This document shows, piece by piece, positions 37,501 to 52,480 of a DNA stretch of 64,000 bases. Location: assembly GCF_964213995.1 (NCBI RefSeq), contig NC_135811.1:30814001-30878000 (forward strand), given 5' to 3'. The translations under genes were made by a program, and so were the position numbers. Source of the stretch: Mustelus asterias. Its lineage: Eukaryota. Numbering within the stretch: position 1 is the first letter of the stretch; the number at the start of each line of letters is the position of its first letter. The notes below the pieces were generated by a model that saw only the letters and a program-made list of their open reading frames with translations, searched no databases and was not told the DNA's origin.

Positions 37501-38356
37501 ACATTGCGTGTTGTGGAGATGTAGACACCGGTCTCAATCAAAGACAGGAGTAAAAGGCAGATAACTGGTAGATTAGCCTGGTCGTTTATAGTGGAATAGA
37601 GCCTTGTATCCTGTGGAATGGCATTAAGTTGTGAATGCTGTCACTTTGCATGAACGAAACGAAAATTAACATTGGGTAAACAACAAACGCCATAGGTTGA
37701 TATAGGAATGATAATGGGTGTTTCAATTTGCACGCACACTCATCCAAATGTGTTGGCATGTTCATCACTGCTGTGAACTATCTGCATTCTAGATGAGAGC
37801 TGGAATGTTGTAATCTTTATCTAGTGTGTGCTTTCGGTCCAAACAGCAAATTGACGCCTTCTATCCGATTCCAGTTCTAGAACATTATGTAAATATATGA
37901 GTAATACAAATAATGCGCTGTGTTCAGCAGCAACATAAAGGAAACAGATTAATAATATGAAAATGAAGATAAACTAAATGGAAGCCGTAGTTTAAAGCTT
38001 TCAAAACAAATTCAATCAAATTCCCCTGCAGCACGCCGTTATGTTGTTTGCCAAACTGAGCTGGCGAGATGGGTAGAATAACATGTCTGTCTGCAGTAGA
38101 AATTGGAATAATAATCAAAATACAGTCCTCGGTTGACATTTACCAAAAACCAAGGGCTACACCTAAGTGTTAGATTAATATAAAACTGGTCTCGTTTACA
38201 GACATAGTATTTCCTCTTCCTCATCGTACTGAATTAGTGCTGTCGCGTTTTGCAAATGTTTGTGTTATAATAGGCTGCGCCTAAAATAATATTCTAAAAT
38301 ATTATACACGTTTTTGCCTTTTATAAAGTAGAAGTGCGCAAGCTATCCACGACTTA

Positions 38357-38421
38357 TGCGTGTGTGTGTGTGTGTGTGTGTGTGTGGAGGGGTGGGGGTT
38401 GGGCGGGGTTGGGGGGGGGGG
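38357..38421. repeat. (TG)n microsatellite followed by G-runs (G-quadruplex potential)
   Basis: About 14 TG units, then GGGG-T-GGGGG-TT-GGG-C-GGGG-TT-G11. Confidence 0.85.
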
Positions 38422-38859
38422 TAAATTCGTCAGGCAAACGGTGGAAATGGTTTATCTCTATTAAATGAACTCATGAGAAATACAGTATAACATTAAAATG
38501 ACATATGCGAAATCCTGCTTCAATCTGAGGTCATACCATATCCGTTCTACTTATAAATCTTCATATACAAATTGGGCTTGCTTCCATAATAAAATTATTG
38601 CTATTTCTTGCAGTGCTACACTTCATAAAATCGCGTTTTAATGTGCCATATATCCCTGGCATATAATACTCCATCACGAAAACCTCTCAAATTCTACGTC
38701 TCAGTTTAAAACCGCATGGAACACTGTAGACATCTCTTTTTGAATCTGGCTGCTTCAAACACGGAGAAGCTTTATTTTTTCTGTGCAGCACCATCCAGCC
38801 AGGATAGAAACTGGAATTTTTTTTTAAAAAAGACAAAGGCTGGAAAATAACCAATTTAC

Positions 38860-39200
38860 AGAAACAAGGTTGTTTTGTTTCCTCATTGGAAAATGTGCTC
38901 CCTCAATGGGTGACCAGGGTGCTGAGGCGCTCAAACTGACAGAGGAGCAAAAAAGCCTGGGCACTTTAAACAAATTTCTCTTACAGATGGAAATGAAGCA
39001 GCGTTTTGTGCCAATGGACAGGAGTAAGTCATTTGCCTACTGCTCGTCTAGTGGTGGTTTACAGGACGAGTTTCTTTTGTGGTATTAGTCTCGTCCTCAT
39101 TTGCTGCCTAATTGGACTATATAAAGCCAATAACAGGCGAGCTCTTATAGCCTTAAGCGAAGCGCAAAGTATAGGGAGGTGGACTCATTACATGCCATTC
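38860..39200 (+). promoter_or_regulatory. Probable Hmx3 proximal promoter
   Basis: TATATAAA at 39118-39125 flanked by ATTGG and CCAAT boxes, about 370 bp upstream of the ATG. Confidence 0.5.
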
Positions 39201-39279
39201 TTTTTTTTCCCCTTCGGTAATCCCATTTGCCATTGTCCGTGCCCAATCGCCGTATACTTTCTGCATTTAACTTGTATGA

Positions 39280-40485
<1,206 letters not shown>

Positions 40486-40996
40486 TCTTATTTTAATATT
40501 TAACTTGCATTACTCTTTTTTGTAAGATTAGACCTTGTAGTTTTGAAACAACGAGCCACAAGAAGACCAGCTGTAAATTTCTACATTGCTCATATTCTTT
40601 AGCCTCACCTGTACCCCTTTAAGGCCAGTCTGGTTTATCCATTTATTCTCATTCTGTTTAACCTTTTTTTTTGTTTTGTAAGATCAAGCCATGTAGTTTT
40701 GAGAGGACCTGCTGTAAATGTCTTTTTTGTAAGTACTAAAAAGAGTGGTGACGATGTTGTTCTTAATTATGGTTTCACGTATCTGTGCAATATTGTACTA
40801 AAGGAGTTAAAGCACTGTTTTTGGAGTCACGAGAAAAAATCAGTGCAAGTCGAAATCCAACTTACATTGGTCTAAACTGGAATAACGTGTGACGATTAGC
40901 GTGTGGAGATTCTGAACACTATCAAATTTCTCATGTCAAGGCGCTTTAACTGAAGGACAATCAGAAAAAAATATTTAAGGTTCTGTTTATTTATTT

Positions 40997-41002
40997 AATA
41001 AA
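40997..41002 (+). promoter_or_regulatory. Probable Hmx3 polyadenylation signal
   Basis: AATAAA after a U-rich run, about 510 nt past the stop codon. Confidence 0.6.
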
Positions 41003-44000
41003 TGTACTGTTTACGTGGTGGCAGCGTATTTTAATTTGCCTGGATTGTAAGTTTATCGACAGAGATCAAAAGATAAAGTTTCTAATTTTTTTTCCAGACA
41101 AAAATACTATTGTGTTTATTATTTCTGATGATTTCTCCAGATGTAACATAGTTATTTGCTGCGAGAATAATTGGTGTTCTGTATGTTTTAGAAAAAAAGA
41201 AATAAAATATTGGCGTTTTTGATATTGTAATGCCGAATTTTGTTGAACAGACTTGTTGTAAACTAAAATAAAATGTAAGCATTCCTTGTTACCCAAATGT
41301 GTAGTTTCATCCAAACATTGGCTCAAGAAACAGGGAAGCCGCTGGTTCGTCAATAAAATGCCATTTATGGCCAAGATATTTGCTGAAACGCCATCAGTTG
41401 AGAGGCCTAAAATTTCATGGCGTCCATGCTTGAGGACCGTTTAGCGGGAAACTAGCTGGATCGGTATTTTACATAATGCATTCGTGTATCTTAATCAGAT
41501 GAATACATTATTCTACACAGCAAAGGAAACACCACCTCAACTTTTCAGTAGTTATTCCGAAGTATTCTGAGTTAACTATTACCTGTTACATGCCGTATTA
41601 TATTTCATGTCCAGTGTAGTGAGGTTGGTGTTTATTTTGGAGTCACGCTTTGCGTTACTATCACGTCTGATGTCTCCCTTCACGGCGTTAGTTTTGAAAT
41701 CTCAGACAGTGGTTAATTAAACTAACTGTAATACAAGTTAGGAAACTGCTGTGAAACCGATGGCTGATCCGCAAAGTGATTCTTTTTTTCAATCAAAACT
41801 TTACTTTTCAAAAGTCCTTTCAATTTATAATGAATGTTATTGGGAAGGCCGACTGATTCTCCAAGGGAACTGAAACTATTTACAGTTACCTGTAATTCCT
41901 TGTTTCCATCGCAATGTCAGTGCACCTCACTTTGCTGCATACACACACGCGCACGCTCACAAGGTAGGAGTATATTAAATATGAATTTTTAAAATTGCCT
42001 TTATGTTAAGTGACAGTTCTTTTTTAAATTTTTAAATGGAATTCCTGCGAGTAAAAGGATCGTTTCTATTCTGAGAGTGGTGTGATATCTAAATAGTATC
42101 CTTAAACCAGCCAGATGCCCTTGCTGAATCAAGTACAGACCAACCGAGTTTAGTGAGTCCTTGAAAGCACAGATACGTGCCGGCGCTTGTATACTGAAAA
42201 TATATTTTAACCATTCCTATTTTTGCAGAAGGTCACGGTTATAGTCCTTTACAGATGAACAACTCTAGGTTATTCCGTGTGTATTTTTATGGTTGACATC
42301 CAAGAAACCATCAGCACCGTGTTCTGATTTTCAGATAGCATTGCTGTTAGTTTATCGCGTGGAAGCTGTCAACAATGTTCTCAGATGATTCGCAAGTGAC
42401 AAGACGCTAACTAGGTGGCTCTGAGCCTTTGATTGTGTTTTAATTTGTTATGCGTCATGGTTGAAAATAAACACAACACAGAAGCCAAAATATGTTGCCT
42501 CTTGTGTGAAGTAATAACAAAATTGTGCCTTGTATTGTTGGCGATACTAACTTTATGACAACAGTGTCAGCATGAACTTTAAGGCGTTTATATAGTAAAC
42601 ACTCAACAGTTTAACCAACAGAAAACAACGACTACAAATATACAAAAGTACTTTTATTTTGTATTGAGTATCCTAAAAGTACCTTGTCTGACCTAATCTA
42701 CACTCTATCAAGAGCTGACCGATAAACACCCATGGTTATACTTCTAATTTTGCACTTTGATTGCATTTTAAAATTGATCAAGCTGTGAAGCGTCTGCTAA
42801 CTAAAAGACAGTCTTGTAGGAAAAAGGCGTGGTGCCCTCTTGCTAACGCAGCTTTACTGATACAACAACTGTGTTGTATCTGATTCAGCACCAACCTGCA
42901 GAAATTTTACCTCTTTTCAATAATCAGTCCAACTTTACATCAAAAAATAAAACAAAATGCGGCTACCTGCCTGTTTTTGATTTTTTGGCTTTGGGTGACC
43001 AGCTCCAACATTCCACTTTCATTAGATTCTACAGTTGCATATCAAGTGTATATCCATTAAAATAATAAGATTTAGAACTACGGTTAGTTTGTTAATTCAA
43101 ATAATATGGTGATATGATTAAATATAGTCACACCTTTTAATATTGGAGCCATTCCAAATATGTAAATGTATATGTAGAAGTATAATTCTATTTCGAAGAT
43201 TTACGATTGTAGTAATCCTCCTTTTTCAAAAGTTTTTTTAGTAGTTTTGCAGGCTTCACTGTTACTTAGTTCTTTCACCCGATGGTATTTCAATTTTCCA
43301 GATTTTATTTGCAACACACTTTCTACGCAATTCAGGTGAAATCAATTTGTTTACACCCCATGTCCACATACCAATGGTACTAGAATGGTTACTGACCAAT
43401 TAAAATATTTAATAAACATGGAGACTAATTTCTTGTTCTCATCTTTCCATCATTCATTCATTTGGTTTCATGTTATTTCCCCTCCTCACATCTTAGCCAC
43501 CAATATAACTTGTCACCCATTTCCCCCCACAGAAATAATTTTCTCGCTCGGTGCCTGGGATTAATGGTCAGACAAGAACTGTTGAGGGAAAACAGTTTCT
43601 GAAAGTCACTATCACAAACCTGTTTAAATAAAAAGATTCCTGCTCAGGACATGCAGCTAAGCAGCCTTTACATCTTTATCAGAATATGCATCAAGTAAGA
43701 CATTTAACATGAACAGTTTATCTCTTCCATTATTCGGCAAAACTTCTTATTTAGAAATATAAAACTTAAGGATGCATGATGGCATGTTTCAAATCCATTA
43801 GGCATGTGAATAATTACTTCATCAGCCATGGTCTAAGTGAAAGATGGAGCAGGCTCGATGGGCTGAATGGCCTACGTCTGTTCCTTTGTTTAACTGTATC
43901 ACACGATCATAATTATAATGGGAAATGTACACAAATCATGTACAGTTCTTTTTAAGGACTAATAACGTTTACATTTTGAAGACCGGACTTGTAAAGCATA

Positions 44001-44774
44001 GGTAAAAGATGGATTGCAGAGTGATGACTCAGAAATAAGAGACGCTAACTGTACAAAGGCTCATCATTAAACGTGGACACCTCCTGCTTAGCACTTAAAC
44101 GTTCAGGTTCCCAAATCTCTGCTTTTGTTTGATATATGGTCATTTCTGTAAATATGGCTGCACATACCCCGCTGTCATATTTGTACATTACACAAATATG
44201 TATTTCTTTTATTTGGTGCAAAACACTGGAAAGTTTTGTATAGCAAACACTCCAATCATTCCAAACAGATATAACCTTTCCATCACTCTCCGGAACAGTC
44301 TTCAGAATGATCATGCGGATCATTTGTAGTGAGCTTAGTTCAGCTTCGGCGGCCTGCGGGTATTTTGCAGTTTAACAACTGCACTAATTTGCGTCGAACT
44401 CTTCAAAATATCTGTTCAACTCTGGCGTTAATCTGTGCCTATCTCTCAGGAACGCTTTGCAGCTTTCCGGGGAGGGGGGGAACGGCGGCAATTGATAGGT
44501 CAGTATATTTGTTTACAAACTTTATTTGTGCATAAAATGTGTTTATTTTATTCAGAGGGACGAGATACAAAGCACCTTCGAGATAATCACGTTCCAGTAT
44601 CGACTTGGGCGATGCAAACTCTGCGAGGGGCCATTAAAGAGCATTAATAGATTGGCATAGCATTATGCTTTAGTTGGTATTGATCGTAAAATGTCTGTAA
44701 AATATTGTTTCAATGAGAGCTGCATTGTTCATCGCACGCTCTTGGAATATTGTGACCTTGGTTTGTTGGCACGG

Positions 44775-44803
44775 AGGGGAAAGGGGGGGGGGGGGGGGGG
44801 GGG
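44775..44803. repeat. Poly-G tract
   Basis: Run of about 21 G. Confidence 0.9.
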
Positions 44804-47800
44804 AGTGAAAATTATCACTCGATACCTAGGGGGCCTTCAAACTTCATCTCCAAACTCCAAATAAACTGTAATACTCGTCATATGTGTTTCTTTTTTTAAA
44901 AAAGGAAAGTCAGAATGGAGTTTAACTGCTGCTAAAATGTCTTCATTCACGTTTCGAACCCTTGTCTCTTGTAAAGGCATCTCTCAAATAGGTTTACTTA
45001 GTAAATGAATCGTGATTCGCGCTTTCCGGCTGTGCCCAACTTATTATTCTGCAGACTAACATCATCAGATATACAAAATAAGTCGCAGGGTTGAAGTATC
45101 TGCTGCTCAGTTGGAAACCTGTACCTTGTTCTACCCGATGTCAAGTGTGAGCCCTACTGAGCATCACCCGGGTCTATTATTATTTTTTTAGATCCGCAGT
45201 TTAAAGAATCCTTTGCACCTCTGAGTCCCATTCGCCTCAGTGATGGAGTGTAACCATCAGATTTTCATCAAAGTTCTATTAAGTGAAACATAGGTTGCAG
45301 GGCACCTCTGATTGAAACAGTTTAAATTTTAATTGTGTTTTTAATTTGACATATAGTTGCTGAAAAGAATGACACTACACGCTACGGGGCGGTCGATTTT
45401 CTTAATTCATCCCCGAGGAATTGATGAGTCTATCAGTCCAGTAGATTGGAAACCCATTAACGCTCTATGGTTTACGCGTCTTAGGTTGTTAATTGGAACT
45501 TGATGGATTGTAGCCCTTTGATAGGCTATGCTGATCTAATCTCGATGACTTCTGTTTTCCAATAAATTACACAATTCATTTTCCAGCCCCGATTACATAA
45601 ATTGTACACCTCCAGGCTCCCGTGGAATAGGGAGCCTTTTTTGCAGCCCGTTGTGAGATGTCATTTGTACCAGCAACACCAAGCTTTTGAATGAAAATCG
45701 AAACATAATCAACGTTTATACTTAGAAAATTTATTGATATCATTTTCTTCGGTAATTTCCTTATTTTAAAGTTCGACGCGCCATACATCATAATACACAC
45801 GTGTAAAGGACTGTGTTTAATATTTATCGAAGCTTGATTCCCAGATCAAACTTGTTTATGACTTCATCTGTCACGGCAGGTGGAACCTTTGCAATATTAT
45901 AGGCGGTCAGGAGGCTATTTCTAGCAGCATAAACCTACTAAAGATCAATTTTCATTAGTGACAATGCGCTCCTGACATCCTCTATACTTTTTTGGAGGGA
46001 GGAGGGAGGATTCCATTTTTTGTGCTCTTGCAATCTGTGCTTAAAGCTTAACAGGCGTGATACAGTAGCAGTGATTACAGGGCAGATTTATTCTAGGTAC
46101 GTTTCCCTCTGACCAGCCTTCAAAAGAAAATACCGAGGGGGGAAATAAAATCACCTCACAAAGCTACAAGCTATGCGGCGAAGAACAGCAGAGGCGTCTT
46201 AGGGCGAACCCTTTTTAAAATAAGTGATTTTAACCGCTCTCTTTAAGCAGATGTCCACGTTTAACAGGCTTTTAAATAGTAAAGGTTCTCAAAATGTGCC
46301 TATTTAATATGTCAAAGCAGATTTCACGCCTTATCTTTATTACCTCCAAACTCCATTCAAACACGGCTGCCTGCTTAGCTGTAGGCAATACATCACATGG
46401 TAAAATGTTTGCTCATGTGCACATATGGCTACCGAATTCGGATTTTAGTTGAGCAACTCAAAGAGAAACTTAATTATCAGGAATTATACACGGTGCAAGT
46501 ACATTTTTAAAATATAATTTAATACAATACTATGGCAATTCAAGTACGAACAATGATAACTTGGCTTCCAATATACATTTGCACCAAATTAAGTCTAGTT
46601 ATGCTCTGGAAAATATGGAAACATGTTTTTGTTTTGGCGAAGTGCGTTTTGTATTACAAATCACAAAGCTGGAAAATTCCAAATGGATTTAAATCAATTG
46701 TAGCAGCGTGTGTGATCTCCCAATGAGTTGTATGACATCCGTGTTTAGTGTCTACATTAGGAACCCGGTGGATAAGTCCGCTCGGGTTGTAACTTTCTGA
46801 AGCTGCGACCATTTCTATTTGTTGTTTAAATGCTGGCTGCAGCCCCAGAGTCTGACTGAAAGCGGAATGAAGACTGATCATCCAGCGCTGTTTGCAAGGG
46901 CGCGCCATGCTAACGAGCTGACACAATGATTAAAGCTGACCATTTGTAATGTGTCGCGACCCCGTGAAAGCATGAAAAGGTTAATGTGGTAGAACGGTGC
47001 GGGGCTCTCACACCTGCCGCCCAGAGCAGGACAGGAGCGCAGCCCCTGTCAATCAATCAATTAACCAAGCCCTTTTTGCAGTCAGCTCTCAGCAGCCAGC
47101 ACAATAATCAAGTAAACAAAGTCGAACTCCTATAAGATCGATTCGGGTTTGCTACAGCAACCTTCAAATGTAGAAACAAAGTATTAGCAGTGGTGGTGTT
47201 TAATTGGATAACACGCGGTATATAAAGAGACAGCCTCAAAATATGACTGTACTGGAATTAATATAATGTAGTAAGACTCTCCTTTTTGGAACAAGGCCCA
47301 CTCTATAGATATATATATATACACACACACAATGTCAATGAAACTGTATTTGTTAATCGAGTTGCTTTTTTGCAGCTGTTAAGATACAGGACAGTCAACT
47401 AAGAAGTCGCAGAGGTCTGTAATATATGAAGGAAGTGAATGTAAATACGGTGAACGCATTAGTGGCAAAGTTCTAGTTATTATTAAACTAAATCCGTGAA
47501 ATTTTAAGTATTTGATAATTATGACCCTCTCAAAAGTTAGCTCCAATTAATCTTATGCTTACAAGGCTCCACTATGTAATGAGATAATCAATAGAAGAGA
47601 TCATGCTAATCTTTCGACAATCTACCAACTTTGTGGGGAAGCAAGAACTGTCAGTCAAATCAGTAATGCGATACTTTGAGGAGTTAATGTACCTAGAAAG
47701 CGATTTAAATCTAATCAGCACATTTCCAGCTTTGTGTTTATTAACCGCCCATCACCATCATTTATCAAAATCATGTCATCCTACAAACTCTGCCTGGTCA

Positions 47801-50605
47801 ACACGGTTAATGCGTTATTTTAATGGTTCACATATCTGTACATCAAGAAATACTCAGATTATGGGATAGGTGCATTTTATTCGATGAACCGGCTAACCAG
47901 CTAGTTCCTTAATTAAACCGAGGATTCAATTAGACAGCCATAAATTAACCCATTTCTTAATGGTACATCTCCCTCAACTAATCTAGCTGCGGTGTTGGAA
48001 ATTTTGTCATTGATTAATTTATTCATTCACTAATCAACGAACTGTCCAATGAGCACTAAATACATCGTGTATTACTCACACTTGCATATCTGTTGCTGAT
48101 AGTAAATAAATTGTCGAGGTTTGCAATGTCCTGACAACTGCCCATGTTGCGCCACTTGGCTGTTCTATCAGATCCATTACAATTGTATCAGCAACATTTG
48201 GGGAGCGGCAAGAATTAAGATAAACTGTGTTTGAGACTGTTATAATATGTGGATAATTAACAAAATTGCATTTTCTATGCTTGAGACACTTTGTTTTGAA
48301 TACTTCTTTCCACTCCGTATTCCTTGGCAAATTGTTAAATACGCACATTGGATGCAACTACAGAAATATACAGCTGCGTCCTTCCATTCATTTGGTTCTA
48401 CGTCTAGAATGTTATTGCTACAACCAGACATATCTTCAAATACTTTTATGAAACGCAAGTTCCGGAACCTTAATTCCAATCAGTTTGTTTCTATCCCTGA
48501 TCTCAAGAATAGAACAATGAAGTGGCCAAAACGCTCTAAAGTCCGTGGCGAATTAATGATCGATTCAAATATAAAAGAGGGTTCATTTAGCATCAATTAT
48601 TCAATATCGTCCATTCCAATAGGAATGTCAAGTAACTGTATCTGGCTATTGGTAATCACAGTCCAATTGAATACTAATGACGAGCTTTAAAATTCCGATT
48701 ACTAAGTTGTTTATCTTATTTTTCCTCCTGTCATATCAATAATCTGTTGAATGTCTGTTGCGATCTCATATTGCATCTTTTCCAGCGTCGCCATGATGCC
48801 TGACGCCAAGAAATGTGCATCCAATGTAATTGCTGTAACTGGTACATGACCCTCTAACCGCACTTAACCTTCGATTTTAGTCAGTTTATAACTTACAAAA
48901 CCAACTGCTCATAAATTCAGTCGGGTGCTAACACAACTGTGGTGCCAAGCCCACAACAAAATAAAGAGAAGCATCCCTTCAGTTGCTCAAATTCCAGCCT
49001 CCAGTATCAGCTGCTTCTTGTGACCAGTCCTCATCAAAATATAGATTGGTGACCATGTTTTACCCTTTACCCCGTCAACAGTCACATTTTGGTAAAGTTT
49101 AACTAATCCAACCTACATCAGACTCACCCAGCGTGATCAGTTTTCAATCTATATTAGCACCCCAGCTTTTTTTAACTTGGAAACTAAGTTTGATTGCAGT
49201 TAAATAACCGAACGTATTTAGCCATCGGTTAAGAAAACTAGCACCAGCTAGGTATTTTTATAGACGTCGTTAGTAACCAAATGTCGCTTCAACCAGAAAC
49301 TATCATTATCCAAATTCATTCAACGTTTGTTATTAGGCTATGCCTGTTCGCAACCCGAACATAACCGCTTTAACTTTCCACAGAATAGTAACCAGACTTG
49401 ACCCAAACTCCCAATCAGTGGGGATCTTGATATGCAGCCATTGTGCATTAGGAAATTCAGACACCAAACCAAACTCATTCCAAATCTCCAATGTCTTTTG
49501 TTATTCGCTGAATCTGTCACCAGCTTCCACTACGGTGTTACAAGGCTCCTGGTGTGATCATGATTACCCGTCTCCTAACCTCCAAACTAAACAAAACAAA
49601 AAAGCTCAACTGCAGTCCAATTTGCATTTTGAAAAAAATAAACGTTTCATGAATCAATTCCAGTATTGAAACAGAACCCAACGTTTTGCTGGTATCACTG
49701 TATCGCTAACTGCGCCAGTCACAGCCTAGTGACTGCTCACACCACCAATCCTCACAACTACATTATAAAACGGAGGAAAGCTTGCACCAAATCGGGTCGA
49801 ATTAGTCATAATGGGCTGAAGAATTATTCCCCATGTGCACGATCTCTCAATAAGGCAAACAAAATGAATTTTGCTATTTAATTCCCAATTGGTGTTATTC
49901 ATTTTCAAATTCTGATAACATTTTATAAATAGTGAATATTCAGATTCATGACTTTCCACCCATCCCCACCTAGCCCATTCCCACTCCCATGCTCTGTCGA
50001 GAAAAAGCAACATCCCAACAGGACACAGGTACAAAGCCGTTAGCAATTTGATCTATTTTATAGGCATGTAACTGGGAGCAGTCCCATTCCTGATTTTCGG
50101 TGAGCAATAACCAGCCTTCTCGGAGCCTAGTATCGAGTTAGACGGTTACACTGTCAAGTGACCTGCACCACAGCCTATCGTTCATTAAAACTTAAAACCA
50201 CCAAACAAATCAGAATCACCACGTGCGCGTATTGGGGCCGCACCTATTGTCACACAATATTGCATCATCTTCCTCCAAAGCGAGAATATATTTTAACATC
50301 ACAAACATCAACAATCAATCACATTCTTGGGCTAACCTAATCATCCCTCAGCTTGTGTAAAGTTCAAAATTTCCGGGACTGACTGCTGTTTTTGATTGGC
50401 TGCAGCAACTCAAACCTACATGCAAATCAGCCAACGCCACTGACTAGGCAGCAGATCAATACAGGTTTACGGGGCGCAGAGAATGCATTCAGCCCGTGCA
50501 TGCTCAGGGAAAACGACTGCAGAACAAAGCCACAACAATATACGCCGTCTAACACTTCTGCAAACGATTGTAAGTAAGTTTATTTTCTTTTTTTATGAAC
50601 ACAGA

Positions 50606-50870
50606 ATGAGTAACAAAGACGACATCACTAAGTGTTCTCCAGCTCCGATCTCCAGCTTTACGATACAGTCCATACTCGGGACCTCGTCGGAGGAAGAACG
50701 CACAGGTTGCAAAGACAATGCCAAAGTAAATGCCAGGAAGCGCTGTTTATCCGACTCCTCGGACGAAGAGTTAACCGAGGAAGGATACAAAGACCTAGCC
50801 TGCTTCTGTTCTGACTCTGGCCCCGCAGAGCCCTGTCGCAGACACCAGACGATCAGCTACACTTGTGTGA
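50606..50870 (+). CDS. hmx2: Homeobox protein HMX2 (Nkx5-2), coding exon 1
   Basis: MSNKDD...PISSFTIQSILG (eh1); donor A|GTAAGT, phase 1. Confidence 0.93.
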
Positions 50871-51938
50871 GTAAGTAAAGCGAAATCATTTTTATTTATC
50901 GAGCAGCATTATCCTCAACTCCCTTTTGTGTATAGTTTGGAGAATGATTTTGAGAAAACAGTGCGCTTGCCCTTAATAATGTTTAACTTTAAATGAAAGA
51001 GTCTTTATTTATAGCTCTCTCTAGATATATTGTTCCGTCCTATCGTATATTCATGTCTCTTACTCCATTCTCGCTAACGCCCAAGCTAATACCAACATTG
51101 TAAACCCATTTAAATCAACAATGCCTCTTACATATCAAGCGAAACTATTAGAAACTCTCTGCAATCAGATAGCATCTGTGGGCTCTAATACTTTGGATGG
51201 ATTTGGTCGGGGAAGCTACTTTGTGCAAACATAAAGGAATTCCATATTTTACCGCGGACAGAAAGCACTCGCATGATTTTTCTTTGACACCAGCAACTTT
51301 GCATTTCAAAAAACACAGCCATTTAGTGAATAGAATTGAAGGGACAGTTACGTTATTACTGGAACACCAGGTAAGAGACTGCGACAGCCGTGCAGTACCT
51401 GCCATCATTCACACCAGATTGCTTCAGGATTATAATCCATTTACATGACTACTTACTTTAATCACATTTAATATTGCGAATTATGATACAAATCAAGCCA
51501 TATACTTCGTCCTGTTGATCTTGAAGGAAGCCCGACAAACACAGGCAAGCGGCGGCATTTAGCAAAATTCTTGGCAAAAAATACAGGTGAGGTTGTCCGC
51601 TAATTCGACGTACATATATAGATAGCTACAGAGGTGGAAAATATGTTTTCTTATCACCTAATCTTAAAAATCTTCACTCCCCTTGCTGCCCGTTGGTATA
51701 TTTATAATATAGTTTTCTTTGTATTTGAAGGCAGTTTCTCATATCAAGTTTTTATGCAAAGATGCATGTCATACATTCCAGACCGGATTAAAAACATCAA
51801 AATAATTGTAAATATGTGTGTCGATCCCTTATTCTTGTCATATATAGATTTAACAAAATATATATAAAGGGGCAGGATGAAAAGAGTACAGATTGGCTAT
51901 AATATATCTGAGAAATGCCTTATTTTTCTGCTTTGTAG

Positions 51939-52480
51939 GTAATACTAAAGGAATTGGCACCGCTGGGCAGGAAAGTGCAGAGAGAAGGCAGCAGCAGTAC
52001 CTGTCGCAAGATGGTCAGGTTTACAAGGAAGAAAAAGAAAAGAACTGCATGCAGACATCAACAGACAGACAGAGGGAGGGAGACAGACAAGGGAACCCGA
52101 CAAAGAAGAAAACTCGCACGGTTTTCTCTCGCAGCCAGGTTTACCAGCTAGAATCCACCTTCGACATGAAACGTTACCTGAGCAGCTCGGAGAGAGCTTG
52201 CCTCGCCACCAGCCTCCAGCTCACAGAGACCCAGGTCAAAACCTGGTTCCAGAACCGCAGGAACAAGTGGAAGCGACAGCTCTCAGCGGAACTCGAGGCG
52301 GCCAACATGGCTCACGCGTCAGCGCAGACTCTAGTAGGAATGCCTCTAGTTTTCAGAGACAATTCCCTTTTGAGGGTTCCAGTCCCCAGATCAATTGCGT
52401 TCCCTGCTCCTTTGTACTACCCAGGCAACAACCTTACAGCTCTTCCCTTCTACAATCTCTACAACAAAATCGAGTACTGA
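51939..52480 (+). CDS. hmx2: HMX2, coding exon 2 (homeodomain)
   Basis: Acceptor ctttgtag in matching phase; homeodomain with QVYQLE and VKTWFQN; HMX2-type C-terminus [24 protein letters not shown]...YNLYNKIEY. Spliced product 268 aa. Confidence 0.97.

Noticed and set aside
48247-48690. 147-aa ORF between the Hmx genes
   Set aside because: Non-ATG start, no homology signal, and a length compatible with chance.
50867-50872. Alternative Hmx2 donor GTGAGT
   Set aside because: It is phase 0 and would put exon 2 out of frame.
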